From: Candidatus Poribacteria bacterium
GTDB lineage: Bacteria > Poribacteria > WGA-4E > WGA-3G
NCBI GenBank assembly: GCA_965214095.1
Contig: OZ243938.1
Coordinates: 928,001 to 992,000 of the forward strand
Direction: 5' to 3'
Length of the DNA: 64,000 bases
Below are positions 29,121 through 41,606 of the stretch, in pieces. The translations under genes and the position numbers were made by a program. Position 1 is the stretch's first letter; every line of letters begins with the position of its first letter. The notes beneath the pieces are model-generated. The model searched no databases. It was not told the DNA's origin and saw nothing but the letters and a program-made list of their open reading frames with translations.

Positions 29121-31100
29121 ATGAAAAGGACGTTGTTTACAGGTTTCTTATCTCTATTTGTTTTTTTAACCTTCTATTTACCTCTTGTTCATGCCCAGGA
29201 TTACACAGAATGGGAGTTACCTGAAGGTGCAATAGCACGTCTTGGTAAAGGTAGTATTCGTGATATGCGATATTCTCCTGATGGCACTCTACTTGCAGTA
29301 TCCGGTTCTGTTGGTATTTGGTTATATGACGCGAAAACCTTACAGGAGATAACACTACTTAGAGATGGACCGTATTCTATCTCTCATATATCATTCAGTC
29401 CAGATGGAAAAACACTTGCCAGTGTTAGTTATTATGGTGTAACACTGTGGGATGTTAGTACAAGGAAACGGAAGACAGTGTTAGCAGATTATAAAGCGGG
29501 TTCTGATAGTGCCTTGTTCAGTCCAGATGGGAAGCAACTTGCAAGTATAGATCATCGTAATATTTATATATGGGATATACAAACGGAAACTCAGATACAT
29601 TCACTCATGGAGCATCCAGACTCTATTTTCTGCATGTCAATCAGTCCTGATGGTAGGACAATTGCAAGTGGAAGTCGGGATGGAATAATCCGATTATTGG
29701 ATGTCAACACTGGAGAAGAAAAACGGAAACTTATAGGACATACGAAGAGTGTATATTGCATAGCATTTAGTCATGATGGTAAGACAATTGCAAGTGGAGG
29801 ACAAGATAATACTGTGTGTTTTTGGAATGCAGAAAAAGGTAGTCTCAAATACACATTAAAAGGACATACTGAATCTATTCAAAGTATTTCATTTAGTCTT
29901 GATGGCAAGACACTCGCCAGTGCAAGTTCAGAACAGACTGTCCGATTTTGGGATATTAGTACAGGCACTCAAGTGAAAGTACTCAACCATACAGATCATG
30001 TCAATTATGTTGCGTTTAGTCCTGATGGTAAAACACTCACCAGTGCGAGTTCACACCATAAAATTCACCTATGGGACACAACGATGTGGCAACAGACAAA
30101 ATCAGTTAATGGACATGGATATTATGTGAATGGAATCTGGTTTAGTCCAGACGGCAAAACCCTTGCGACTTCGGGGTATAACGAAACCGTACGATTATGG
30201 AATGTAGAAACTGGTAAGAATATAAGAGACCTTACGCATCAACACTTATTTGAAGACCATTCGGAAAAGCAAATTTATATTGAAAGTGTAGCGTTCAGTT
30301 CTGATGGCCGCACACTTGCGACTGCGAGCGGATATAATGATAGACATTCGGGTAGAATACAAATGGATAAGTATCAAGACGGAAGCAAGTTCATCAATCT
30401 ATGGGATATACAAACCGGAACACTTGTAAGAATACTGAAAGGACATAAGGGTTATGTTGAGAGTATTGCCTTCAGTCCAGATGGAGATACACTGGCAAGT
30501 GGGAGTGGCGACAAGACGATTCGACTGTGGGACATGACCACACGAAAACATCGGCAGACGCTAACAGGACATTCCGATAGTGTGACAAGTTTGCAGTTTA
30601 GTTCGGATGGTGAGTTACTTGCGAGTGGTGGTCAGGATGGTAGCATACTTCTGTGGAACTTGAACACTGGAGAACACCTGCAAACAGTTATCGGACATGT
30701 TGGTGAGATCTATACTATTACATTCAGCGCGGATGGAAGAACGTTTGCGAGCACAGGTGAGGACAGTACCCTCCGATTCTGGGATCTAAACACTTATGAG
30801 CCCCAACGCGGACTTACCGCGTATAAGGGAACTCTTTGGAATGTACTCTTCAGAAGCGATGGAACAACAATTGTCACTGAAACCGGAGAGGGATTTACTC
30901 GCAATGATCTGTGGAGAAAAATACGGCTCTGGGATTTTGTCAAAGGTCAGCAAATTAAGACAATTCATGAGAATTATTCAAGTATTTGGAGTATTGTCTT
31001 CAGTCCTGATGGAAAGTTAATGGCAAGTGGAGGGATGGATTGCACAGTATTTCTGTGGGATCTCTCAGTTTTACTTAACACCGACAATATAGTAAAATGA
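29121..31100 (+). CDS. Secreted WD40-repeat protein (about two propellers)
   Basis: Signal peptide, LPEGAIARLGKG, many GH...FSPDG...WD repeats. Start placed at ATG 29121 after AGGAG. Confidence 0.92.
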   Translation: MKRTLFTGFLSLFVFLTFYLPLVHAQDYTEWELPEGAIARLGKGSIRDMRYSPDGTLLAVSGSVGIWLYDAKTLQEITLLRDGPYSISHISFSPDGKTLASVSYYGVTLWDVSTRKRKTVLADYKAGSDSALFSPDGKQLASIDHRNIYIWDIQTETQIHSLMEHPDSIFCMSISPDGRTIASGSRDGIIRLLDVNTGEEKRKLIGHTKSVYCIAFSHDGKTIASGGQDNTVCFWNAEKGSLKYTLKGHTESIQSISFSLDGKTLASASSEQTVRFWDISTGTQVKVLNHTDHVNYVAFSPDGKTLTSASSHHKIHLWDTTMWQQTKSVNGHGYYVNGIWFSPDGKTLATSGYNETVRLWNVETGKNIRDLTHQHLFEDHSEKQIYIESVAFSSDGRTLATASGYNDRHSGRIQMDKYQDGSKFINLWDIQTGTLVRILKGHKGYVESIAFSPDGDTLASGSGDKTIRLWDMTTRKHRQTLTGHSDSVTSLQFSSDGELLASGGQDGSILLWNLNTGEHLQTVIGHVGEIYTITFSADGRTFASTGEDSTLRFWDLNTYEPQRGLTAYKGTLWNVLFRSDGTTIVTETGEGFTRNDLWRKIRLWDFVKGQQIKTIHENYSSIWSIVFSPDGKLMASGGMDCTVFLWDLSVLLNTDNIVK

Positions 31101-31173
31101 AACTGTGGTATTAGATGTGAGAATAGACTGACACGATAACCGATAAAAGATTGTATTGCAAGGAGACTTACTA

Positions 31174-31480
31174 GTCATAGTACCCAAACCTAAAGGGTTG
31201 GGCTTGTGCTTCATAGACGTTGCGTTTCACCAAAAGGATCATCCGTCTTATTTCGTCTCCACAGTGGGTTCTAAGCAACCTCACTTGCTCTAAAAGAGCA
31301 ACTTATTATTTGAGAGTGTGTTTTTCGGACTGGGTTTTTTACCTCCCATGTCCCTACCACTCAATTGTTATGTGTCTATGGTAGTGAGAGCGTATATGTT
31401 TTTCAGTTTTATGCTCCGCAACATATAGCACCAAAGACTGCGGACAACCTCACACACGACTGCGTGTGATTGAACTTTCC
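31174..31480 (-). ncRNA. Putative orphan TnpB omega-RNA/reRNA-like structured RNA
   Basis: Minus strand reads CTGTGGAGACG..TAAGAC..GTCTATGAAGCACAAGCCC-hairpin-TGAC, resembling tnpB right ends. Several hairpins and an upstream promoter. Confidence 0.55.
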
Positions 31481-31486
31481 GAATAT

Positions 31487-31515
31487 ATTTTAGCAAGTTT
31501 GACATTTATTGTCAA
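31487..31515 (-). promoter_or_regulatory. sigma70 promoter inside the IS605 derivative
   Basis: TTGACA-17 bp-TAAAAT with extended TG. Confidence 0.7.
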
Positions 31516-31579
31516 GAAAAACATAGGAGCGGGCATTCCTCCCAAACCTAAAGGATTGGGAGGAATGCCCGAAGATTAG

Positions 31580-33694
31580 ATGAAAAAAACGCTGGTAATT
31601 TCTCTTATGATTCTCAGTATTGTTTCCATTTTTGGAGTGATTAGGTTCGTATTGATACGTGAATCAACCGAAACAGAGATTATTCCCACAGATTCACCTC
31701 AGTTTCAACTCCCCGATGGAGTAAGAGCACGTATAGGTAGAGGCAGAATAAATAAGATGGCGTTATCACCAGACAACAATGTATTAGCCGTTGCTTCAGT
31801 TATAGGGATTTGGTTGTATGATGTGCAGAGCGGCGACGCGCTTACATTATTGATGGCACATACTTCCAACGTCAATACGATAGCGTTCAGTCCAAATTCA
31901 AATATCCTTGCAAGTGGGAGTACCGATAAGATTGTTCGTTTATGGGACATTAGTACTGGTGAACTTCAGCATGCCTTTGTTGGACACGCTGGTGGGGTCT
32001 TTGATATTGCGTTCAGTTCGGATGGAAAAGTGCTTGCCAGTGCCAGTATCCATGAGATTAATCTTTGGGATATAAGTACAAAAACTCACAAACAAAGGGT
32101 TAGAAGGTATACTTATAGCGGTACATCTCGGATATCATTCAACAATAGTGACAAACTTATAGTCGCCGAAGTGGATACCAACAAAAACAAGACTATTGAG
32201 TTGACAGATCTTATGTCGGAGTTAACCGAGAACCCGCAAAAGAAGGTATTAGAGGGACAGGAACATCCGGTAAGAGGCGTATCATTTAGTCCAGACGGTG
32301 AAATCTTAGTAAGTGTTGGGATGCGTAAGACATTCCATTTTTGGGATGTCAATACTGGAAAACAGAGGAAAATACTGAATGGTGATACAGATGATGTCTC
32401 AGGAGTGTTTTTCAGCACTGATGGAAAATCATTGGTAACAGTTGACAAAAACAAAGCAATGCATATATGGGATATTGCTACTGGAGAGAAAAGGAGTACC
32501 ATCAAAGGGAATTTCAAATCTTCGCGATTAGTGGACATAATCCATAATGGGGAGTCTATCGTCAGTAAAGATATAAATGGCTCAATCAATTTATGGAACT
32601 CTGATAATGCAATACATCAGAAAACAATCACAGGACATGCCACCTGGAATCATGACGTATTGTTCAATCCAGATGGAAGTATAGTTGCAACACGGGAAGG
32701 TTGGCGGAGTAAAAATATACATTTGTGGGATCTGAACACAGGGAAATATCGAAGTACACTGCTTGGCCATAAGAAGCAGATTTACAGTATTGCCTTTAGT
32801 CCGGATGGAAAAACACTTGCAAGTGGTAGTGCAGACAAAACCATCTACCTATGGGATGTTTTTTCAGGAGAAATGAAGAAGAAAATACGGGGAAATAGAC
32901 ACCCGATTAAGACAGTTATATTTAGTCCGAATGGTGAGACGCTTGCTGGTGTGGATGTAAAGAATGGGATGTATTTATGGGATGTATCCTCTGGAGCATT
33001 GAAAATGGACGGTACAACGCGTATCACCGATATTGCATTTAGTCGGGATGGAAAATCCCTTCTGAGTTGGGATTATCAAGGATACTTCACTGTGTGGGAT
33101 GTTACTACTGGCAAAGCTAATACAGTCAAGACTCACTATACACGAATTTTATCAAATCAACTTTTTAGTCCAGATGGGAAATCATTTGCAGTATCAACTA
33201 TTCAATTTACCAGAGAACAAGGAAGGATTGTTCAGATTGATTTATGGGATGTTGTTGCTGGACATGTCAAGCATACACTTGTAGGACATACAGATGAGAT
33301 TTTGTCTTTGGCTTTCACTCCAAATGGAAAAACATTAGCAAGTGGAAGCAGAGATAAAACAATCCGTTTCTGGGATGTTGCCACTGGTGAACAGGTGCGT
33401 ATAGTCACGGATCCGCGTTGGAATACTGGTCGCCGCAGAGATGAATATGATGTCAGTTACGTTTCTTTTAGTCAGGATGGAGGAACACTTGCCAGTGGAC
33501 TTTGGGGTGGTGCCATCTACTTGTGGGACACGGAAACCGGACAGCAAAAGCAGGTTCTCTCTGGACATACGCATGTGATAGTTCAGATTATTTTCGGCGA
33601 AGAGGGTCAACCTATTGCCAGCAGTAGTATGGATGGTACCATTCTGATATGGGATAATACATCATTTACTGAGGAACTGGATGCAATGAAATAG
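31580..33694 (+). CDS. Membrane-anchored or secreted WD40-repeat protein
   Basis: N-terminal TM segment, LPDGVRARIGRG, WD40 repeats. Confidence 0.92.
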   Translation: MKKTLVISLMILSIVSIFGVIRFVLIRESTETEIIPTDSPQFQLPDGVRARIGRGRINKMALSPDNNVLAVASVIGIWLYDVQSGDALTLLMAHTSNVNTIAFSPNSNILASGSTDKIVRLWDISTGELQHAFVGHAGGVFDIAFSSDGKVLASASIHEINLWDISTKTHKQRVRRYTYSGTSRISFNNSDKLIVAEVDTNKNKTIELTDLMSELTENPQKKVLEGQEHPVRGVSFSPDGEILVSVGMRKTFHFWDVNTGKQRKILNGDTDDVSGVFFSTDGKSLVTVDKNKAMHIWDIATGEKRSTIKGNFKSSRLVDIIHNGESIVSKDINGSINLWNSDNAIHQKTITGHATWNHDVLFNPDGSIVATREGWRSKNIHLWDLNTGKYRSTLLGHKKQIYSIAFSPDGKTLASGSADKTIYLWDVFSGEMKKKIRGNRHPIKTVIFSPNGETLAGVDVKNGMYLWDVSSGALKMDGTTRITDIAFSRDGKSLLSWDYQGYFTVWDVTTGKANTVKTHYTRILSNQLFSPDGKSFAVSTIQFTREQGRIVQIDLWDVVAGHVKHTLVGHTDEILSLAFTPNGKTLASGSRDKTIRFWDVATGEQVRIVTDPRWNTGRRRDEYDVSYVSFSQDGGTLASGLWGGAIYLWDTETGQQKQVLSGHTHVIVQIIFGEEGQPIASSSMDGTILIWDNTSFTEELDAMK

Positions 33695-33767
33695 TTTGTC
33701 AGTCGGACGAATAATAGACATACAAGGTGATGCGAGAAACTGGCAGTATTTCTTGGTGGTTAAAAGC

Positions 33768-33795
33768 AAAGGGCAGACGCGATGTCTGCCCTTTT
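33768..33795. terminator. Intrinsic terminator after the 5S rRNA (possibly bidirectional)
   Basis: AAAGGGCAGAC-gcgat-GTCTGCCCTTT hairpin between convergent transcription units. Confidence 0.8.
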
Positions 33796-33803
33796 GATAA
33801 GTA

Positions 33804-33921
33804 TTCCGGCAGCGACCTACTTTCCCGCGGGGTTGCCCCCGAAGTATCATCAGCGCTGAAGGGCTTAACTACCGTGTTCGGAATGGGAACGGGTGTGTCC
33901 CCTTCGCTGTAACCACCGGAA
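33804..33921 (-). rRNA. rrf: 5S rRNA
   Basis: CACCCGTTCCCATTCCGAACACGGTAGTTAAG and AGTAGGTCGCTGCCGGA motifs. Confidence 0.96.
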
Positions 33922-33982
33922 AGGTGTATAATAATATTTGACAAATGAATAGTGTGTGAGGGGTCGGTAGAGAAAAATAAGT

Positions 33983-36980
<2,998 letters not shown>

Positions 36981-37077
36981 GTGATATTTTTCTTTCTACC
37001 GATTTACCCTCTACTATTCATTTTGTCAAAGAACGCCGCCTATATTCTCAGAAATGCGTTGCATTTCATTTAGGCGA

Positions 37078-37150
37078 TGGAGATGAGCGGAGTTGAACCG
37101 CTGACCTACTGCGTGCAAAGCAGTTGCTCTCCCAGCTGAGCTACACCCCC
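37078..37150 (-). tRNA. tRNA-Ala(TGC), CCA not encoded
   Basis: Cloverleaf GGGGGTG...CATCTCCA, anticodon loop TTTGCAC, G3:U70 alanine identity pair. Confidence 0.96.
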
Positions 37151-37218
37151 TCGCGCCATGTGGTATTCAGTCAACCACGAAATCTGACCTAAGTCAAACC
37201 CTTATGATAAGGTATATT

Positions 37219-37330
37219 AGTATACTATAGAGTCTATACATAAGTCAAATTTATTTTCAAAGAACGGGATGAAATTTACTTCCATTCCAAAACAGATTCT
37301 AAGTATAACACATTACGTGGTGTATGTCAA
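37219..37330 (-). promoter_or_regulatory. Tandem rRNA promoters and boxA-like antiterminator
   Basis: TTGACA-17-TATACT (37330-37302) and TTGACT-18-TATACT (37248-37219); CGTTCTTTGA boxA-like sites near 37260 and 37030. Confidence 0.7.
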
Positions 37331-37553
37331 ATATATTTTACAAAAAATACAACAAATTTGTCAATTTTATTGTAAAGTTCTATAAACCTGCTTGAATTCA
37401 ATAGGGTTTGACTTTTCTATCAATATACATTATAATATTTCCAAATATCCACATGAATTAAATTTATGTCTAAACTGATGTTATTCAAGAATTTCAAATC
37501 AAAGTGAACTCATATCAACCGGTAATTAGACTAATATACGCAAGGAGAAATAA

Positions 37554-37799
37554 ATGGCAACGATAGTAAGACATAATGCCACTGGAAAAAACTACTGCTT
37601 GCTCGGAACAGGTTTTGGTGCCTATCAATCTAAGAAGCCAAGTATGTTTTTGGGTAATTGGATGGCAGATATTGAGGAAGGTCAATTTGCAATGGCATGT
37701 GTCTGTGATAGTACAGGTAGAGTAAGTTGGGTACAAGCAGAAGATATTACCGTTGTCAGTATTGATGGACAAGATATCAGTAGTCTATCACTTGCATGA
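37554..37799 (+). CDS. Small hypothetical protein
   Basis: AAGGAG RBS, 81 aa. Confidence 0.75.
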   Translation: MATIVRHNATGKNYCLLGTGFGAYQSKKPSMFLGNWMADIEEGQFAMACVCDSTGRVSWVQAEDITVVSIDGQDISSLSLA

Positions 37800-37832
37800 C
37801 TAACTTTCTTTTGCAACTCACAGGAAAGAAAA

Positions 37833-37935
37833 TATAGTAGATCTTGAAGTTACTTGAACACTCTGCATCGGCGAGGTTAGGAAACCTCGCCTACCGTGGG
37901 TCGAAAGTGTCAACTTAAATTTATAATTCACTATA
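37833..37935. mobile_element. MITE family A carrying a GTAG REP
   Basis: TATAGT...CACTATA; GGCGAGGTTAGGAAACCTCGCCTACC hairpin. Confidence 0.8.
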
Positions 37936-37973
37936 ACTAACTGACTTTTTCATGAAAGGAAACTTTTCACCGT

Positions 37974-38552
37974 ATGGATTTACAACAAATTAACGTCAAG
38001 GTTTTCGCCACCGAAGAAAGCGAAATTAACTACACAAACTTTATCAAAGTTTTCAACCGTTGGATGGAAGAAGCAGACTCCGATGACTACCTTAACTACG
38101 CGGATTATTCACACGTTGAGGCCGGTCCAGGAGTCCTATTGATTTTGAAACAAGCAAACTATAGTATTGACAATGCCTATCATCAGGCAGGATTTCTATA
38201 CAACAGAAAGCATGAAGTAGATGGGGATAACGGAGATAAAATCCGACAAGCACTCACTGAGACCCTTTCTAAGTGTGAACTACTTGAAGCATCTGAAGAA
38301 TTAGAAAATGCTATCCAATTCAATGGGACTGAGATACTATTTATGGTAAACAATCGTCATATTGCACCGAACACTGACGAGACTGCAGAAGCAATTCAAG
38401 CTGACCTTGAACCCGTGCTCAAACAGATGTACGATGGCGATGATTTCACAATTGAACGCACCTCTGATGATGCACGTGAACGTTTCGCAGTGCGTATCTC
38501 TGCAAATTCATCCAAACCGATATCTGAACTCATCTCCAATCTCGGAGGATAA
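37974..38552 (+). CDS. Hypothetical acidic protein, coupled to the MoeB/ThiF gene
   Basis: 192 aa, ADYSHVEAGPGVLL motif; stop codon is 1 bp before the next ATG. Confidence 0.8.
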   Translation: MDLQQINVKVFATEESEINYTNFIKVFNRWMEEADSDDYLNYADYSHVEAGPGVLLILKQANYSIDNAYHQAGFLYNRKHEVDGDNGDKIRQALTETLSKCELLEASEELENAIQFNGTEILFMVNNRHIAPNTDETAEAIQADLEPVLKQMYDGDDFTIERTSDDARERFAVRISANSSKPISELISNLGG

Positions 38553-38553
38553 T

Positions 38554-39360
38554 ATGTTTAACTTTTCCAAAGAACAAATTGAGCGATATAGCCGACATAT
38601 TATCCTCAAAGAGGTCGGTGGGATGGGACAGACAAAACTCCTTGAGTCAAAAGTTCTTCTCATCGGGGCAGGTGGACTCGGTTCACCTATTGCTGTCTAC
38701 CTCGCAGCGGCTGGAGTCGGTACTCTCGGCATCATTGACGATGATGTCGTTGACCTCAGCAATCTGCAACGTCAAATCCTTCACGGAACAAGTGATATCG
38801 GCGTACCTAAGACAAAATCCGCAGAAGCCACTATCACTGAGATGAACCCTGATGTCAAAGTAATTCCCATCAATGAACGCATCAACTCAGAGAACGTTTT
38901 TCAGATATTGGAACAGTATGATTTAATCGTAGACGGTTGCGATAACTTTCCTACACGTTATTTAATCAACGATGCGTGTGTCATGCTTGGAAAACCGATA
39001 GTACACGGCAGTATTTTCCAGTTTGATGGCCAAGTCACAGTGCTATATCCCGGTAAAGGACCTTGCTATCGATGCATCTTTCCTGAACCACCCCCAGCAG
39101 GACTCGCACCGAGTTGCCAAGAAGCAGGTGTCTTCGGTGTCCTCCCTGGTATCATCGGCACAATTCAGGCAGTTGAAGCAATTAAAATCCTATTAGACAT
39201 AGGCGATTCATTAATTGGCACTCTCCTACTCTTTGATGCGCTAACAATGACATTCAATCGAATGAAACTCCGCCAAGATGAAAACTGCCCAATGTGTGGT
39301 GAAAATCCTACCATTACAGAACTCATTGATTACGAAGAATTCTGTGAAGTTCAATGGTAG
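38554..39360 (+). CDS. moeB: MoeB/ThiF family adenylyltransferase
   Basis: RYSRH, GAGGLGS, SNLQRQ, CYRC, CPMC. Start is ATG 38554 after GGAGG. Confidence 0.9.
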   Translation: MFNFSKEQIERYSRHIILKEVGGMGQTKLLESKVLLIGAGGLGSPIAVYLAAAGVGTLGIIDDDVVDLSNLQRQILHGTSDIGVPKTKSAEATITEMNPDVKVIPINERINSENVFQILEQYDLIVDGCDNFPTRYLINDACVMLGKPIVHGSIFQFDGQVTVLYPGKGPCYRCIFPEPPPAGLAPSCQEAGVFGVLPGIIGTIQAVEAIKILLDIGDSLIGTLLLFDALTMTFNRMKLRQDENCPMCGENPTITELIDYEEFCEVQW

Positions 39361-39411
39361 TAAATACAAACATTAACTGGACTTGCATACAAGAAAAGAT
39401 AGGATGAAAAC

Positions 39412-39603
39412 ATGGAGGCAAAAATGGTATTGCTATTGGCTTCACTTACATCACTTATAATCTCTATTTTCTTTACAACTTTATTCATACTTATCGTATT
39501 AGAACTGAAAGCTATTTCAAGGTCCTTGTCCAACATTGAGAAATATCTTATCCAATCCAATCGTAAAGATGAAGATAGAAAAACATCCACCCAAGTCTAC
39601 TGA
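39412..39603 (+). CDS. Small single-pass membrane protein
   Basis: Hydrophobic N-terminus, AGGA RBS. Confidence 0.5.
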   Translation: MEAKMVLLLASLTSLIISIFFTTLFILIVLELKAISRSLSNIEKYLIQSNRKDEDRKTSTQVY

Positions 39604-39703
39604 TTGCTAAGATTGATTGTTGGAGAGGGTTTCTAACCCCGATATATCCTAATATCACCTGACATTTCAATGGTATTGCCGAAGGTATATTATGCGGGAT
39701 ATC

Positions 39704-39876
39704 CATAAGCGTCAATTTAGCGTCCTTCCAAGTACCGGTAGGTTCGGTTTCCTAACCGAACCGGCTTTGTGCCAAATACCTTCATAGAGGTTCTCGCTTA
39801 GGATCCGGTTCGGTTAGGAAACCGAACCTACCGTCACGGGGAATGAAGCGTAATTCTCCTTAAATTGACGCCTATG
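39704..39876. mobile_element. MITE family C (shares TIRs with the IS4 element), 20-bp duplication, two inverted REPs inside
   Basis: CATAAGCGTCAATTTA / TAAATTGACGCCTATG; GGTATATTATGCGGGATATC vs GGTATATTATGCGTGACATC. Confidence 0.88.
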
Positions 39877-40061
39877 GGTATATTATGCGTGACATCCAAC
39901 AAAATAACGCTAATAATAGCAACATGGAAGAGAAGTAACTACCATTATAGTTGAACCAAAAACAACATACTCTTAAGAAATAATAGGTCAGTACTCACGC
40001 AATTTATTACGCCTCGGACATTCTACAACTCCGTTTGAACTGATTATTTCACAATTAAGTC

Positions 40062-41090
40062 TTATTTTTCAGACATAGTATCGGTTCTGGATTTTCCCTT
40101 AAACACTGCATAGAGATACCAGAAGGCAGGAACAAGTATGATAACCCCAATAACAACAATAACCAATATGGGACGCAACACAGAATTTGGTGCTGCAGTG
40201 TTAGAAAAAGTTAGGTTTGGTGAAATAAGATAAGGATATTGAGCAAATCCCCAACCCAAAATAATCAACACGACCTGTATCGGCACAAGCACACGTGCAA
40301 GGTGGAAGTGCCGTCTCCAAATCGCCCAAATTGCCCAAATTGAGACTACCCCTGTTAATATATGGAACGGAATAGACCAGACACTATTTCCCAAACCGCG
40401 ACGTATTGAAGGTGCACCTTCAGCAGACAAAAGAAAACTGATCACTGCCATCAATCCGACACTGAATGCTCCGATGAGAGCACGCATACGAAAATCTTCA
40501 CGCAATTCAGGATCATCCGTTTCAAGCGTCAGGTAAACCGCAGCAATCAATCCACAGAGAGCCAAGGTGAAAAAACCGATTGCAAATGGGAACGGTGCCA
40601 ACCAAGACGAGATAAAATCTGTGTCTACATGTCCAGTTTCTACATTAACATGTATTGTTCCAGAGGCGACTGCACCTAAAGCCACCCCCAACATAATAGG
40701 TGTAATTATGCTTGCAATAGCAAACACACGACTCCAACGGAGATGTGTCGTCTCAGATTGGTCATCATACGTTCTGAATACGAAGGCTGTCCCTCGAAGT
40801 ACAATTCCGAATAACATCAGTGTCAGTGGGATGTGTAGAGCAGTTCCTATAGTTGCAAATGCCACGGGAAACGCAGCAAATAGCAGCACAATAATGACAA
40901 TCAACCAAACGTGATTTGCTTCCCAGATTGGAGCAAGTGCGTGGGTAATTAGGTCACGTTGAGATTTTGCCCGTTTACCTGTTGCAAATAGGTCCCAGAT
41001 TCCGCCACCAAAATCTGCACCACCAGTCAGCATATAGATTACCAGTGAGATTAGCATTACACCAGCAATCCAGATTTCAAGACCAAACAT
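40062..41090 (-). CDS. cydB: Cytochrome bd ubiquinol oxidase subunit II
   Basis: GADFGGG, PIWEANHVWL, LRGTAF. Start placed at ATG 41090. Confidence 0.95.
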   Translation of the reverse strand: MFGLEIWIAGVMLISLVIYMLTGGADFGGGIWDLFATGKRAKSQRDLITHALAPIWEANHVWLIVIIVLLFAAFPVAFATIGTALHIPLTLMLFGIVLRGTAFVFRTYDDQSETTHLRWSRVFAIASIITPIMLGVALGAVASGTIHVNVETGHVDTDFISSWLAPFPFAIGFFTLALCGLIAAVYLTLETDDPELREDFRMRALIGAFSVGLMAVISFLLSAEGAPSIRRGLGNSVWSIPFHILTGVVSIWAIWAIWRRHFHLARVLVPIQVVLIILGWGFAQYPYLISPNLTFSNTAAPNSVLRPILVIVVIGVIILVPAFWYLYAVFKGKSRTDTMSEK

Positions 41091-41191
41091 TTGCTTTCTC
41101 CACAGCTTTATAGTAGAATCCAAAATATGTGGACACTGTGCGATGGGGTCTCACACAACACCTTTGTAATAGGTGCTGGGTAACCCAGCCC

Positions 41192-41552
41192 TATATGCGT
41201 CAATGTATCATCCTTCCAAGTACCGGTAGGTTCGGTTTCCTAACCGAACCGGTTTTGTGCCAAATACCTTCATAGAGGTTCTCGCACAGGTTCCGTGCGG
41301 TTAGGAAACCGCACCTACCGGCCTGGGGAAAACGCCTAATTTACACTAAATTGACGCTCATGGTGCTGGGTAATCCTGCTCCATATACGTCAATGTATCA
41401 TCCTTCCAAGTACCGGTAGGTTCGGTTTCCTAACCGAACCGGTTTTGTGCCAAATACCTTCATAGAGGTTCTCGCACAGGTTCCGTGCGGTTAGGAAACC
41501 GCACCTACCGGCCTGGGGAAAACGCCTAATTTACACTAAATTGACGCCTATG
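41192..41552. mobile_element. Two tandem family C MITEs (41192-41362 and 41382-41552) flanked and separated by 19-bp direct repeats
   Basis: 190-bp period; direct repeats at 41173-41191, 41363-41381 and 41553-41571. Confidence 0.9.
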
Positions 41553-41606
41553 GTACTGGGTAACCCCGCCCCTACGTTTCCTGCCGCGTGTGCAAATAAT
41601 TTATGA

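Larger units (their letters stand above)
31174..31579 (-). mobile_element. Non-autonomous IS200/IS605-type element with no ORF
   Basis: Related subterminal hairpins CCCAAACCTAAAGGGTTGGG (31183-31202) and CCCAAACCTAAAGGATTGGG (31541-31560); minus-strand end ...TGAC; no TIR or target duplication. Confidence 0.8.

Noticed and set aside
31174-31480. Plus-strand HEARO/IscB omega-RNA reading of the IS605 derivative
   Set aside because: Only the terminal hairpin fits. The internal motifs and the promoter favour a minus-strand TnpB-type RNA, although this is not excluded without a covariance-model search.
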